DNA of 64,000 bases from Bugula neritina (lineage: Eukaryota; Animalia; Bryozoa). The notes below the pieces were generated by a model that did no database searches, was not told the origin of the DNA, and worked only from the letters and a program-made list of their open reading frames with translations. The position numbers and the translations under genes are program-made. Location: assembly GCA_964035545.1 (NCBI GenBank), contig OZ037772.1, positions 11,964,818 through 12,028,817 on the forward strand. Direction: 5' to 3'. This document shows, piece by piece, positions 23,901 through 36,575 of this stretch. Position 1 is the stretch's first letter; each line of letters opens with the position of its first letter.

Positions 23901-26900
23901 AACAAAACAAATATGCAACATACCTTTACTGTCTTTTTGGTTATAGATGCCATGCTTGCTGATGGAGTCGTCTCTCGCCGCTATGCCTGAATTTTTAGTC
24001 TGATTTTGTCTGCATATGAATAAAATTAAGATATTGAATTAAAGCATTTGCTCAAACAGCGTAACAATTTGTTCATTTCTAAATAATTATGTAACTGCCG
24101 ATTAAAATTAAAAGACTATATAGTTGAAAATTGAAATTAAAATTTTATTCTGAACTGATAACCAGTCTAGCCATAAATTCAGTCTAACTACAAAATAAAA
24201 TTTAATGGTTTCAAAAATCTATGAGGAAGAAAGTAGCCATGATAAAGGAAATGTGTAATTATTATGAGAAACTTGCTTTGGGGACTAAATAAAGTTAGCC
24301 AACTTCTATATTTGTCAGTTTTAGTAGAAAACTAAATAATTAGCATTGCAAATTTAGAGCTAATGAGAAAACGATCATTAATGAATAATAAGTGAATCTT
24401 GTAGATTTTGGTGCATTTGGACATTATAGAAACTTTAGCCTAACGATTTCTTTTATTCATCAATAACATGTATTATATCAATTACAGATTTAGCTGATCA
24501 AAATCTACATCTAGTGAGCTCTAAAACATACCTGGATTTGCTGGCTCTCTTGTACAGAAGGCAAGATAGTGATATGATGACAGCTATGAGAATTACTCCT
24601 ACAGTTGCCACGGAAACGGCAATAACTACAGTTGTGGAGGGAGAGCTGCCACTGTTGCTAGTGCTGCCACTGAGGTCTTCCTCTGAAGAAGAATCAAACT
24701 CGCCTGTATTGTAGCAGTAGACATGGTTAGAGATCAATGAAAGGTCAGTGTAAACTATAGTTCAGCCAGCATTAGACATCAGTGCAATTATAACTGTAGT
24801 TTAAGCTATCAACAGTTCATTTTTAGAAACACAATTAATTTAATTTAGCATTAGTTTGACTACCATATAGTTATATGAAGTTCATCAGTGAATAGATTTG
24901 AAATAAAATTCTTTGCAAACTGTAATCGCTAATACCACTAGCTAACTTTAAACCATTACAGGCCCTTATTTCAAGGATTTCGATCTCTCGTATTATTCGA
25001 TGCTTAAATGTAAACACTTCACAATTTAATATACACAATTGATGCCAATTATTATTTTGCTTCATAGAGATAGTTCCAACATCTTGTCACGTTTTACACA
25101 TCGCAACGCATGACGCAAAGTCATCAGATAGTTTCAATACATCCTGCATACACTCTGACAAACTGTGCATGAAATTACCTTTAAAAAATTTTCAGAACAT
25201 TTGGCATCCTCCTGACATATCTGTCATATATTATACGCAGATGAAAAAGATTAAATTTGATATTCCTAACACCCAACGCTTTATATAAAAAATCTTTTGG
25301 GAAGTAGTTTTCCTATTACAGCTTTTAAACTCAATAAAAGTTTAATAAAATGAAATTGCTAACAGGTAAAAGTTTTATGAAGTAGATTTAGTTAAACACT
25401 AACACTTACCCATAGAGTTAGAAAAGTTGAGAGTATTACAGCTTTCTTACAACAACCTCTTCACGTAAGAACAGAGTTGAAATGTGTGAAACAGTATACC
25501 CACCTCATTAATAAGATATTCTCAATAATAAGGAAAACTATTTACATTTTTGTTTATGCACAAGGGTTTTAGGAACTAAGTAATTAATAAATTTACATCT
25601 AATTTTATATAAATAATTTTCACGGTTCCAAATAGTTTCCTTATGCGTGAATATACAAACATATACTAGGTAAAACTGTCTAATTTTAGAAAATTTTAAG
25701 CATATCTTTTTTCAAGAAAATGATCAGAAAACAACTCTGTGGTCTAAACTCTAAACGCAATACAACTAAATGTGATTTAATATTTCAACTCAACAACCTA
25801 GCATAGTTGTGATTGTGAATTTAAATGTATCAACATGTTTCGAAGTGACAATGACCAAAATAGGTGGAAAAGTTAACAGGATTATGACGATTAAAATAAA
25901 TTGTGTGTAAAAAATCAAATTGGTTGCCAACTCATAGAAGTAAGTGTGTTACAGAAAGTGTGCTGTGAGCCAACTTTCACACAGACCAGGCGACCCTCTG
26001 GCTGCATATTATGATACGTAGTAACTTACTTGTAGTTGTTGGGGGCTTCATAGGTTTCATGGGGGGTTTCGGGAATGGTACCGGGGTCGGGCGATCTGCA
26101 GCATAATATGAGGTTGTGAATTTTTGAATTTAAATATTTTCTTACAAAACTGTCTATTTATAATTTCTTCAGCCTGTTACCTCTTCAAAAGTATCTCTAA
26201 ACTGTAGCAGCTTTTCTAATCAAGAGTTGAAATAAAATTACATTATTGTATATAATGTTTATAATCTTGTTTTTAAAATTGGTATTTCTTTTTAAAGAAA
26301 CCGCTGAACTACAGATTTAGCTGAGGAGTGTCTTCTTACTAATTCTGACTATACTCATTATTAGGCAATTAATAATTAATTAACTGGTTTATATTAGTTT
26401 CACAGCAGTTCCTTGAGCCAACAAAATAGGTTTAGTGACTTAATAGATATTATTAGATAATTAGTTCCAAATTATTGCCTTAGTAATACATGTCCAGTGT
26501 GCAGTAGAATAAGACCTGAGCAGTTTCCGTGTTGCCATTTCAAGTGTCATAGTTTACGTACTTCTGACACTAGGGAGGTATAGACCTGCTAGCAGCTACA
26601 TGTCAGACTATGTATCAGACTATGTATCAGCCTTAGTGTCAGGTGATGTGTCAGACTATGTATCAGCCTTAGTATCAGACTATGTATAAGACTGAGTGAG
26701 TTATTACTTGTGAGTTACAATAAAAACATGCATTGTATTCAGAAAACTATTGCAAACTTCCTATACACTAAACATTTATTTCAAACTTTCACCTAAGAAA
26801 ACTATGATCACTTGCAGTATTTTTCAAGCCAACAGCCTACATAAGGTCAGTCAGCCAGCTTAGTAACTCAGCATAGGTTAGCAAGGGTTCCGTTTCACAA

Positions 26901-28989
26901 TGTTACATGACATGCTAAATAACAAACTATAGCTAGAGATCATTGAGTCGCTGAATCGTTACTCACCTAGCACGTAGTTGAGCAGTTTCATCTCAGAGCT
27001 GTTACCACCAATCAGCACAGCCCCAGACTTGTACTTCATTAGAGAGAGGGGTTGGTAGAGGTTACACTTATCAATGCTGGTGAGATCTTCATCGTCGCTG
27101 CTGCAGATAGAGGAAACGGTGTCCGACCTCGTGTTGACAACTCTCAGTCGGTTGTTCAACGTATCCGCCACGAGGATCACGTATCTCGCTATCTTTATTA
27201 TTTCAAAGGGGCTGTTCACTTGCGCCCAGTTCAGTCCGCCATCTTTGAAACCAACTGTTGTTGACTCGATCAATGGTGTGATGATGTTTGTTGCTGGATT
27301 CACTCTTATGAATCTAGAGGTAGTTGTGACGTAGAGTTGTTTATGCCGATTGTCATAGTATATTCCGTGTGGACTGTCATCTAGTGTGATCATCGTGCTA
27401 GCTAGCTCTCCTGCTAGTAATCTGATGGCATTGTTACCTGAGTCTGACAAATAGATTGAGCCATCCTGGTTGTTCAGTGTGACTTGGCGGGGCGTGCTGA
27501 ACCGAGCCGTGAGCAGCTTTCCATCTACGTAGCCACTAGAGTTACAACTGCCAGCTGCCAGAGAAGTGCTGCCGGAAGGCACATCAAACCACTTGAGGCA
27601 GTGACTGAGTGAGTCCACTAGGAGGATGGTTGTGTCGTTAACCTGACTGAAGCCTGTGATCTGTGTGAACTCTCCAGGAGCAGTGAGGGCTATCTGGTCT
27701 CCTGACAAATCCTCGTACTTGATGAGACGAGAACCGTCTGCTATGTAGTAGATGTCAACTTCTGCGTCTGACTCCTCCATATGCCACACTCTCTCCTCAA
27801 TCTCTGGTTGAGTGAAGTCCGTCACAACCACAAACTTTATTCTAAAAATTTTTTGTGTTTGAGAATCAAAAGTCTCAGAAGAGGCAAAATTAATTATTAA
27901 AAAATATTTGCTGCTTTCCAAAGTAAGATTTAAGGAAACATAATTAACACTCTGAAAAAAGTGAATCGAGTTAATTTTGAAATAAAATGTAACTAGTCAA
28001 TAGGTTGAACTTGCATGAGTGTGAAAGTTTGTTTCATTTTCAGCTTACAGCTACAGCATTCTTTATTCTTCAATATTTAATTCAGATCATATGTAGATGT
28101 ATAGGAAGAGCATGTGAGTAATAGTTGTATTGTTAAGAAATGTCTTTGCATGATTTTTGATTTCCAACAAAAAGGAAACTGAAGTTAGGTGAATCATTTT
28201 AAGTTTTATTACTCATAAAATCATTATATTATATTATATTACAATGCATCATGGTCGCATTAATCTGCACTTATGTTATGTTATCCTATATTATAATAAT
28301 ATATTATAATATATTATATTATGTTGTTATCCTATATTATATCATATTATAATATTATATTATACCATATTATAATATTATATTATATCATATTAAAATA
28401 TCATTTCTGTTTTATAACTTTACATTTACTTACTCATTCACAGCTTTGCTGTACACTGCAAACTGTTCTAAATCTTCATCGCTTGCTACAAGAGTTATCT
28501 TCACTACGATTATCTAAAATTTTCATATAAAAGGCATAAATTTTATATGGACTCATAAAACCAGGCTCCTAGTTGAATGACATAATATAATAGGTTTCTT
28601 ACTTAATAGTATTAACTTAGATTTAGATAATTATATTATAAATTATGCGCTTCAGTTTAGACTGGTAAATGCAGAAGCAATGATATGATAATAATATTGA
28701 TTTGTTATACGTGGTATTGATATTCAAAAACAAAACCGGTGTATATTTTAGATGAATATTTAACTTGCTAATGTCTCAACACCACTGACAGTTTAGGGTT
28801 GTCTTCTCATATCGAGTATTCTACATTCTCAACTTTCCTAGTAGCTGCTACTACTACTAATACTACTGCTGCTACTACTATACTACTATTACTGCTGCTA
28901 CTGCTACTGCTGCTGCTGCTGAATCATGCAGCAAAGTAGAACATTGACCAGAAGGTACTCACAGCTGCTACATAACAGCAGACAATCAT
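20905..28989 (-). CDS. Type I membrane receptor: signal peptide, NHL beta-propeller, Pro/Thr/Ser stalk, TM, Tyr-motif cytoplasmic tail with an ITAM; 8 exons, 584 aa
   Basis: Phase-consistent minus-strand exons: 28989-28963, 28513-28434, 27841-26967, 26095-26030, 24703-24532, 24009-23924, 22038-21906, 21220-20905 (1755 nt). N-terminus MIVCCYVAAIIVVKITLVA. NHL blades: GYVDGKLLTARFSTPRQV...IYLSDSGNNAIR and GFKDGGLNWAQVNSPFEI...ILVADTLNNRLR. TM VVIAVSVATVGVILIAVIISLSCLLY followed by KRASK. Tail includes EDPYQMLETKATDSSYTHL. Confidence 0.82.
26600..26695. repeat. Degenerate 12-bp intronic tandem repeat
   Basis: TGTATCAGACTA / TGTATCAGCCTTAG units. Confidence 0.75.
28840..28921. repeat. (CTA/CTG)n trinucleotide microsatellite
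   Basis: ctactactact...gctgctgctg just inside the first coding intron of the NHL receptor gene. Confidence 0.85.
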
Positions 28990-30515
28990 CACCTGTGAAT
29001 ATTAGTTTAGTGCTTCTCATTAGTTCAAAGTATAGTAAATAGTTTAGCTTAAATTAAGTTTTATATTTTTGATGATAAATAGGACCAAAGAGAATATAAA
29101 GTAGATTCATATGTTTACATTAGAGAGGAGAGAGGGGTGGAGAGAGGGGAGGGGAATTTTTATCACGATTCTGTTGAGTAAAAGCAACAAAGGAATGCCA
29201 TAGTTATATACAAACTAGTGTTGCTATAACAGAAGGCAAATGTTAAGCACAATATGTGTTACTAATTAGTGGAGTGGTGTTTATAAATGAAATATAATAT
29301 TTCTCCACCCACCCTACAGCACAGGGTACATAACTGCAACTAATACTTTCAGCTTATTAACTGTAGGAATTTGAAATAAAATGATGACTTGGCAAATTTT
29401 TTAGAAAAAGAGTTCAAGTTGGATTTAGTTTGGCATTCGAAGCTGCAGCTAGAAGGGTGTGTGTGAGATTCATAACAGAAGATAAAAGAATAGTAATCAG
29501 TATCACTTATCAAATCAATGACTGAAAACCTCTCTAACTGAAGTCCAACACTATGAGGTCGTGAAGTGCTAACTTTTTATTCTACTAGTTAGAAGAAAGT
29601 AGCATTAACTTAAACTATAATCTAGATACATATAAATCACGTTGAAATGCTCCCTCTTACTGTATATGAATGATATGTTTTAGGTGTATATAACATGATT
29701 TGTCACGAACTAATTAGAAGCAGTGCAACGCCATGTAACTCTATCACAGAGATACTCAGTAACACCCAACCAATGTCATTCACTGGTTGTTGAGATGTCA
29801 TAGAGTGCCAGAAATAGCAAGGTGAGCCTTTTTAGCATGAAGATATTATAGCCCAATGTGTTACACAACATATAATTGTAGGCAGTTCAGATTACCTTAA
29901 ATATGGTAGCTTATGGAATTAGTTCAGAATATAGAATCTGCACCCACCCCACCCTTGAAACTGGTATTTAATCAAGCTAATAATATGATATTATAGACAA
30001 TTATTACAGTTTATCATGCAACCTGCATTTTCCATATGCCATCAGGGTGAGCTTAAGCAGCATACATCTTTGAGTATGTCAAAGAATGCCTATTTCAATG
30101 TTCTTTATTAAAGAGTGGTCCTGGGAATGCTAATAATTAGCTCCAACATGATATAGGAATTACAGTTTAGACCTACTTTCTCACTTTTAACTGTCTTTAG
30201 CTGTTTCAGGATCTTGATTATTTCGTGTTTCAAAAGCTGCTAGATTTTCATATTCCATTTAGGTAAAAGATTAATTTCCTGCTCTTGTAAAAACTTTGCA
30301 ACAGTTAAAGCTGGAAATTGTTGGTTTTCAGGCAATGAGCTAACATAGTCACACTGACTTGCCGGAATATTCCAAGAGTCAAGCAGCAGACAACTCCTAC
30401 TGCACACGTGTGCAGAGACAGCTATATATAATGTATTGGTTACGTTGAACCAACCGTCATGGGTGAATCAGCAAAGGCCGATAGAGATAAGTGAGTTTAT
30501 ATTTATGTCACAAAT

Positions 30516-30585
30516 TATCTCTGTACCACAGTACTATCTCTGTACCACAGTACTATCTCTGTACCACAGTACTATCTCTGTACCA
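30516..30585. repeat. 19-bp tandem repeat, about 3.5 copies
   Basis: Unit TATCTCTGTACCACAGTAC. Confidence 0.9.
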
Positions 30586-33500
30586 AATTCTATGTAAACT
30601 GCTGGTAGTGTCACGGCTCTTCCAAATAAAACTGTTTCATAAGCCAACTAATTCATTCTAAAGTTTTGCTATGATAATTTCATGGCATTATGATTCACTA
30701 AAATATCAATGTTCAAAATTTTAAACCGAGTTAAAATAGAGAATATATTTCTGTTAAATTTGCACAACATCTATACATATATAAGTTATATTGCTGATAG
30801 AAAATGGAGTAATTGGATGTGCGAAGAACTTTGCTTGTTACTTGCCTGTTAGTTTGACAAATAGTTGAGTAGGTTTCATTATACTTGAATATTACAAGTT
30901 ACTTATCTGTGTGAACCCAAACTCAAACTTGTAATTCTCAACTAATCTTTAAAATGCAATGATTCAATCGTAAATGACGGAAATGATTTTCCCCTTATTG
31001 ATTAAATCAATTCATTGACTGGCAGTGCATGGCTAGACTGTTACCACAGTCTCCCTCAGCTGTTCTACCTTTTATTAAACCTTGAAATTATAATATAAGA
31101 TACAAGAATGACTACGGTTATTATTTTTATTAATAATTAATAGTATTACCTATAGCTTTTTACATTGCTCTTATTTCACATTATGAATTACTTTTAGAGA
31201 GCATATTATATTATAGAGAATGGTTGGAAGTGCCATATGAGTTTACATTAGCTGTTGCTTTAAGATTTATAGGTATTTCAAAATTAATTTCTATGACACT
31301 TAGAGAGGTTTTGAAAAATGAAAAAAACATTACGATATGTAAGACACAGTTTTCAACTGGTCAATTTCAGCTATTCTAACTTTCACAGCTGGTCACAATA
31401 TTCAGCTAGATGTCTAATGCTCTGAACTTGTATCATGCTATATTCTAGAGATCATGTTAGCAGGAAATCTTAGCTCCCTTTTAGACTAAGAACTATAACA
31501 AGACATAACCCCTGTGCTGCAAATAGCCACATTATTTTCTTTGTGAGTCACTAGATTAGAGGCAATGATTAACTGAGTTGTAAGAGCAACTGCATCAAAA
31601 ATGGAATTGAATTCCAAAAACTAATTAGTGTTCCACTTCCACTGATATGAAATTACTTCCACCTAAACTAATGCAGCTGCAGTGTTTTGTTAAAGGAGTG
31701 AGTAATATTGCTATCTATTGTGAAAAATGATACTTATAAAGTGTTCCTTCTGTATGTTGAAAAGGCATTTCAGGCTACATCATTTGCGCTTGACCATTAA
31801 ATATTGGTTGACTGTTGGCTTAAAATAAAAATTCACCGCAAAATTAATATGGATGAGTAAGTTGATTTCGGTGCGCTGCCTTGCTCTCGTAAAAATCTGA
31901 AGCCATCTTGAGTGTTTTATTTAATAAAAGTGTGATGAAATAGTTGGTCCTAAGGATTCTTGAAGTTACAAAATAATATTCTTTTGACACTTTGGCTACT
32001 TGATGTTCAATTTAATCGTTTATGTTGTTTAAAGAACTCAAACTACGCATATTTTCAAGATCTGAATTTAATTGTGCAGCACCAGTTTGAGTTTGACTTG
32101 GTACTGGCTATATGGTGGCTTATTCAACTCTAATCAAGAAGACTTAGCTTTAAATGACTCCATTGAAGATTCTTAGGATTTTAGTCACTCTGTTTTATCA
32201 CTTCATCAATATCACTATTAGTATTACTGTTCCCAGAATGACTATTACTATTAGTATTAGTATTAGTATGAGTATTAGTATTAGTATTAGTGTTATATAG
32301 CAACAATGTAAAACTCCTACTAATAACTCACTGTGACTGCCAGAAAGAGTAATGTAAGTAGTTTATTCCACATGCTGTATTCTTCTAATTCTGTGGTAGA
32401 ATCTGTATATCTACTAACTCGAGCTGGTAGTAGGCAAGTTAATGTTGGAGAAGATGAAATAGTATATTGCCATTTCTGTACTATGCTGTGAGCTTACAAG
32501 AGTAGCATAAGTTCCTATCAATAAGCTGATAAAATTAGTGAGGGCATGTGTTAGACCTATCTATAATACAGATAATTAGTGTGGCTAAGTGTTTGTAACT
32601 TCTATAAACTTTTCCAACAGGAGCGTAGCCAGAGTATGTACAACCTGAAACTATAGGGTATCAATTAATTAAAAGAAAAACTAACAACAACAAAAAACAT
32701 TCTATTTTTATCTAAAGTATTATATTTTTATAATAAAACGATTTTAGAATAAATTTTCAAATCAAAAATATTGTTTTTCTTTCTGATAAATCCCTTTTCA
32801 TACAAATCTTCATCCACCCCTTTGTGAAGATGACATCCTATTTATCAAATTTGTGTAAAATACTTTGCTGTATCATTTTAGTAATGTACTAGATTATGGC
32901 ATTAAAATACTTCAGCAGGGATAGACGGATTGAAAAGTATGTTTGATTTATGTACAACTTCATGTTACCACGGTAATATGGATGGGTAATTTAGCTAACC
33001 TGAAGTATTTGAGTCTATAGTAACTAGATAATTTTATGTCGGTTATGAATTACGTACTCTAATTAAAACCATGTGCTATTTTTTAGATCTACTGAGGTTT
33101 GCTTTAGCCATCATGATGTTAATGTGACTAGCAGCAGCTTTCTAACTCATCTCTAGATAAAAGGTAAGAGAATACAACTTCTCAAAAGGGCATAGTTTTC
33201 CTATTATATCACACATTGCATATGTAGTGCCATAGACTATGTTTGTCATGTAATAATACAATATATAATTATACTATATTATATTAGGTATCATAATATG
33301 AATGATTCAACATTAAATTATAATTTTATGTATTATTTTACTAAAGTATATAGTATATAATAATATATTGTAATATATTAAAATCAATTATATAGTATAA
33401 TATATAATAATATGTCACACATATAGGCATTACTTGCTATAGTTGTTGTACCTGCATATCTATATTGGTCTAGGAATTGCAAAATTAGAACTTTTTACTC

Positions 33501-33589
33501 TCAAAAATGAATATTATTTGTATGAATATTGATTTAATTAGAAACTATTTTTCCCTCAAGGAAAAAGATTATTATAACAAGTTTAATAG

Positions 33590-33812
33590 TAGTCTATATA
33601 ATATAATATAATATAATTATGATATAACATATATAATATAATATAATTATAATATAATATAATATAATTATAATATAATATTATATATTATATATTACAT
33701 TATATAATATACAATATAATGCATTATATAATATAATATACAATATATAATGTGATATATAATATAATACAATATACAATATATAATATAATATATAATA
33801 TAACATATATAG
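33590..33812. repeat. (ATATA)n-type AT-rich microsatellite
   Basis: Runs of atataatata. Confidence 0.85.
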
Positions 33813-34376
33813 TAAGTAAACAACATGAAAGTTTTTGTTGATTTTATAGGATAACAAAATATTAAATTATCTTTACGTTATTCAACTATAAGCGATATTT
33901 TACAGATTTGAAATATAAAACTAAGTTAAAGTGTACATGGTGTCAATCAGCAAGTGTGTTACTCACCAGATAACCAATATTAATTATCAAGTTTTAAAAT
34001 AGCCTTTATTTTCCAATTACTTAGTAAGATAATGATTACTTAAAATTGTTAATAAGAAATTAGATGACTTTTCATAGAATATGTCAGTTCAGTGACACAA
34101 CAGCTTCCTGCTTCATATAATTAGAAACCAACTTCAAATATAACCATTTCTGTATTCATAACTTGCACCATTGTATTTAATGATTATATTATTATTATAA
34201 TTATATAATTATATTCCAATGAATGTTATTTCACTTTAATAATAACTTGCTGCAGAGATAACCTGCTATAATACATCACTCTAGAATATTCTACAGTACT
34301 TCTTGAATTTTTATTAAAATTTCATGAAGAAGTAGTTTTGTAGAGGTAATAATTTTCAGGACTGTAACAAGCAGTC

Positions 34377-36353
34377 ATGTATGCTATTAGTTTGGTGTTT
34401 GTTTTAGAGATCCTACTTTTATTTCTCCATGGCACTTCTGTGTTATGTAAGTATATAACTATTATTTTTATAAACATGTTGAAATGATATAAATTCATAT
34501 AGAACAGTTATCTGCTTAGAATAATGATGTTTCTTATAAAACATATAACGTTTTAAGTTTAAAAATAATATAAGTGAAAATATGAAAACCAAAAACATAA
34601 AAATGTTCTTGCATGCAACACACAGGAACGCATATGAGAGAATAATGGCTAGATACTTTATTATAAGCATATGAGATACAATAATGAGCGAGTTTTGGCC
34701 GTTTGACACTCCATAAATGCATGCATGTATATTTATAATGCAACTTTAATATATTACTTAAAAACATGATAAAGATAATATTTAATTATAAATGAATAAT
34801 AAATTTAAATGCGTATTTAGTACATGAAGTTTTACTGCTAAAATGTAAAGTTTTGGTTGCATGAGCAATTGCTCTAATATGTACATTATCAAATATATAT
34901 TTTAGCCCCAGTACAGGCACAGCACTCAAGCAAACTGTACGTGCTCACTGGTAACCGTGGAGCTTATTCAAGAGGAGGAAAACAAAAAGAGACGAAATGC
35001 TTCTCCGATAGAAAGATCGCAGTGAATGGAATACGGTCACCAATAGAGTGTCAAATTCAGTGCATGAACTACGCAGACGATGGGTTTACTTGTTCCTGTT
35101 TCGAGTTTTGGCAGAGTTCCAGGAGGTGTGATCTGTACAGACAGATGAGTAGCCAAGGTTCTCCAGAGGTGAATGGCACCTTGGATCACTTTCAACAGTC
35201 ATCTTCTTTGACAAGAAAAACAACCACAGCAACAATATCTGAAGTAGTAATGGCTGCAACCGACGTAACAACGGACAGACCGACACCCGTTACACACCTG
35301 CTATCAACAACTACAACCACGCCAACAGAAGTAACAAGTGAAACTATTGCTATGACAGTAAAGTCAACGATAACTACAGTTGCGCTCTCAAAAATTGTTG
35401 CTCCAACAACAACATCTACAACTACATCAACAACATCTACACCTACATCAGCAACTCTAACCCCTCCAACAACCTCTACAGCTACATCAACAACTGAAAA
35501 TAAACGAACAGCTACCTCAAATGTTGTCACCGGACTCCCATCTACTACTATTTTGTCAACCGTACCTAGAGCTATACAAACCGTACCTAGCAGACAAACA
35601 TTCTCAACAAATTTGTCAAATGCCACAGTTAAGCCAACGACTACAAACGACCTAACAACCAGTACAGCTGAACAGACTATTAAAACCACAACCACAAGCG
35701 AATTAGCAACAGCTGTAGCTGTACCAAGCACAACAGACAGACATACAACTACAGACATTAAAACAATTACAGAAACTGAGCTAACAATTGGCACAGCCAA
35801 GTCTACAATTGAAACTACAAATAGTGCTGCAAACTCTGAAGCAAAGGACACACCTACAACTACAGAAAAAGAAACAACCACAATGAAAGAAATGAAAACC
35901 AAAACAGCTAAACCAGCATTGATGAAAACTAGTACAATAACAACAAGCAAATTAACAACAGCTGTGCCAACAACCGACATGCATACAACTACAGAAACAA
36001 CCACTACCACAACCAAAATAAATGAACCACAACCCACTACAGCTAAACTAGAAACTAAAGTCACACCAACAACCAAAATAACAACAACTGTGGTAAATGC
36101 CAAAACAACTGCAGACATACGTGCAACTACAGAAAAAGAAACAACCACAAGAAATGAACCACAAACTACTACAGCAAAACCAACAGCTAAAGTCACACCA
36201 ACAGCTGAAAGGAAAGCTACGCCTACTGTTACTGCTGATACACCAACCACTGCTCTTAGTCTAAAGAGTTCTCTTGAGGAATATTCTAATCTTTGCAAGG
36301 TTCAAGGACATCTCTGCAATTTGGGAATGAATCCTAATTACCAGGTTGCATAA
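34377..36353 (+). CDS. Secreted PAN/apple-domain protein with a Thr-rich mucin-like tail (paralog 1), 2 exons, about 505 aa
   Basis: Exon 34377-34446 encodes a signal peptide (MYAISLVFVLEILLLFLHGTSVL) and joins in phase 1 to exon 34906-36353. PAN-type cysteine pattern: KCFSDRK...SPIECQIQCMNY...FTCSCFEFWQSSRRCDLY. About 350 aa of Thr/Ser/Pro-rich sequence follows, with no TM. Further 3' splicing cannot be excluded. Confidence 0.8.
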
Positions 36354-36359
36354 GTCACT

Positions 36360-36575
36360 TGCTACTATAATATGCTATATGCTATACATGCTATATTACA
36401 TGCTACGCATGCTATATGTGCTATATTACATGCTACATGCTATAATAATATGATACAATATTCTCACCTTTTTCTCACCTATCTTCACTTTGTCCTGTTC
36501 AGGTAGCAGAAAATATGCTATAATATGCTATACGCTGTTTATGCTACAATATGCTATATGCTACAATACACTACT
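36360..36575. repeat. Degenerate (ATGCT/ATATGCT)n repeat right after the stop codon
   Basis: tatgctatat gctatacatg ctat... Confidence 0.75.

Noticed and set aside
35192-36298. 368-aa Val-rich minus-strand ORF
   Set aside because: Antisense shadow of the Thr-rich mucin exon.
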